In this document: positions 14,631 to 15,968 of the stretch, in pieces | Layout of the letters: the number at the start of each line of letters is the position of its first letter | Numbering within the stretch: position 1 is the first letter of the stretch | Assembly: GCA_903825565.1 (NCBI GenBank) | Contig: CAIKBD010000346.1 | Coordinates: 1 to 15,968 of the forward strand | Source of the DNA: an uncultured Anaerolineales bacterium | GTDB lineage: Bacteria; Chloroflexota; Anaerolineae; UBA4142 | DNA: 15,968 nucleotides | Direction of reading: 5' to 3' | Translations under genes and position numbers: made by a program | The notes under the pieces: model-generated | Seen by the model: only the letters and a program-made list of their open reading frames with translations | What the model was told of the DNA's origin: nothing | The model's database searches: none

Positions 14631-15146
14631 TCATTCGTCTTGCTTATCCGCGTGCAGCACATACAACCTTCGCACTGCGCCGTTCGGACGCACCACGTCC
14701 TGCTCGTGCGTCATTCCGATTTTTTCCGCGACGCGTTGCGACGCGCGATTGTCCGGCTCGATCAACGCGACAATGCGCTCCAACTCCAAAACGGTGAACG
14801 CATAGTCGCGAATTGCGCGTGCGATTTCAGTTGCGTACCCGTTGCCCCACACGGGCTTGGCAAAAACATACACCAACTCAATCTCAAGCGCGCCGGCGAT
14901 CTCTTTATCGAGCAAGCCGCAGTGCCCGATGAGCGCGCCGCTCGCCTTTTCGATCACCGGGCACAAATCGAAACGCGGCGGCGGAGCAACTTGCGCGTCT
15001 TGATCAAAAATCGCGATCAACTTTTGATACTCGCGCGGACCGCCCATAAAACGCGTCACGTCGGGATCCGTCCAGAGTGCCGCGAGTGCGGGCGCGTCGT
15101 CAGTGCGGAGTGAGCGCAAAAGCAAGCGAGAGGTTTCGAGGTTCAT
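14631..15146 (-). CDS. GNAT family N-acetyltransferase (RimJ/RimL-like)
   Basis: 171 aa from MNLETSRLLLRSLRTDDAPALAALWTDPDV, the typical RimJ/RimL N-terminus. The acetyl-CoA binding core is present: GHCGLLDKEIAGALEIELVYVFAKPVWGNGYATEIARAIRDYAF. The C-terminal motif is ALIEPDNRASQRVAEKIGM. The track ORF's 21-aa N-terminal extension is not supported. Confidence 0.85.
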   Translation of the reverse strand: MNLETSRLLLRSLRTDDAPALAALWTDPDVTRFMGGPREYQKLIAIFDQDAQVAPPPRFDLCPVIEKASGALIGHCGLLDKEIAGALEIELVYVFAKPVWGNGYATEIARAIRDYAFTVLELERIVALIEPDNRASQRVAEKIGMTHEQDVVRPNGAVRRLYVLHADKQDE

Positions 15147-15218
15147 AATGGATTGGACGCTGACCAACGCGGATTTCTTTTTCAAAGATCGCGGCAGAAC
15201 AACTATCAAACGATTGAA

Positions 15219-15968
15219 CTATCGAACTAGTTTATACCCCCGCCCCCGCACGCTGACCAAATATTTGGGCTTGGCAGGGTCTGGTTCGATTTTGGCGCGT
15301 GCCCGGCTGATCAATTTTTCGATGCGCGCATCGTCCACTTCATCAATGTAATCCTCGCCCCACACGCCTTGCACGATGGCGTACTTGTCGCAGACGTGAT
15401 CTAGGCGACCGTACAAAAACAACAGTAGACGAAACTCGAGATCAGTCAACGCTTCGACTGGTTTGCCCTCGACATACACGTTGCCTGTATTCACGTCAAT
15501 GTCCACGCCGCGCGCGGACGGTTGTTGCACTAAACGCCGCCGCCGTACGAAATCGGCAAACAGTCGCGAGAAAATTTCGCTATCGTCGCCGTCACGCAGG
15601 ATGGATTTGGCGCGCAAACTGCGTCGCGCCGCATTGTGTGTCTCTTCGCCCGGTGTGGCTTGACGAGCGAAACTGGCGTCGAGCAACACCGCTTGTTCCG
15701 CCGGTTTGAGGTCGCGCCAAATTTTTTCGAGTTCGCTTTGCACGTTCGGCTCGTTCACTAAACTTTGTTGGACGAGTTGATGAATGACGCGGTCGCCATG
15801 CGCACCCCGCACCGGTGCGCCGGTTACGCCACCGAGCGCGCCACACACGGCTTGCGCGATCCCAGGATGTCCGTCCGCATTCTCGCGGATAAAAGCGAGA
15901 TCGGCGGCGCTGAACGTGACGCCCTCGCGCGCGGCGAACTGCTCACACAACGTGCGGGTGTCGGCGGC
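15219..15968 (-). CDS. Transcriptional regulator with C-terminal OmpR/PhoB-type winged-helix DNA-binding domain (5'-truncated by the window edge)
   Basis: The C-terminus LTDLEFRLLLFLYGRLDHVCDKYAIVQGVWGEDYIDEVDDARIEKLISRARAKIEPDPAKPKYLVSVRGRGYKLVR is a textbook trans_reg_C domain. The upstream ~150 aa are helical and not a receiver domain. The ORF is open to the window end. Confidence 0.7.
   Translation of the reverse strand, partial: AADTRTLCEQFAAREGVTFSAADLAFIRENADGHPGIAQAVCGALGGVTGAPVRGAHGDRVIHQLVQQSLVNEPNVQSELEKIWRDLKPAEQAVLLDASFARQATPGEETHNAARRSLRAKSILRDGDDSEIFSRLFADFVRRRRLVQQPSARGVDIDVNTGNVYVEGKPVEALTDLEFRLLLFLYGRLDHVCDKYAIVQGVWGEDYIDEVDDARIEKLISRARAKIEPDPAKPKYLVSVRGRGYKLVR

Overview
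High-GC (~60%) bacterial chromosomal window, probably Chloroflexi-like judging by gene content and GGAGG-type ribosome-binding sites. Every credible gene lies on the minus strand. The long plus-strand ORFs are Arg/Gly-rich shadow frames. Genes read along the minus strand, from high to low coordinate: (1) a 5'-truncated regulator ending in an OmpR/PhoB-type winged helix; (2) a RimJ/RimL-type GNAT acetyltransferase; (3) a 71-aa orphan ORF with its own strong promoter; (4) a diverged relic of a GNAT 3' end; (5) PspA/IM30; (6) a membrane-anchored periplasmic-binding-like protein; (7) a membrane-anchored VWA-domain protein; (8) an SPFH/flotillin; (9) a 2-TM coiled-coil membrane protein; (10) a four-helix-bundle protein of the TIGR02436 / Avd / 23S-rRNA-IVS family, sitting in a ~460-bp cassette bounded by 34-bp inverted repeats; (11) a LivK-like amino-acid-binding protein; (12) a small Gly-zipper membrane protein; (13) a DUF4405-like di-heme-type membrane protein; (14) a secreted protein; (15) a NapH/MauN-like polyferredoxin; (16) a secreted Ala/Pro/Thr-linker protein; (17) an acyl-CoA carboxyltransferase of the PccB/MmdA type; (18) an OadG-like small subunit. 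Three points stand out. First, a family of palindromic intergenic repeats is built from degenerate GACAAGG heptads. It occurs twice as a solo hairpin and once as split arms that flank the four-helix-bundle gene, which looks like an IVS- or MITE-like insertion cassette. Second, there is an att-like signature at the GNAT 3' end: a 33-bp identical core with diverged homologous flanks, plus a duplicated promoter. Third, membrane-remodelling and membrane-stress genes are co-localised (PspA, flotillin, VWA). All assignments are from reading the sequence and translations; no database searches were run.
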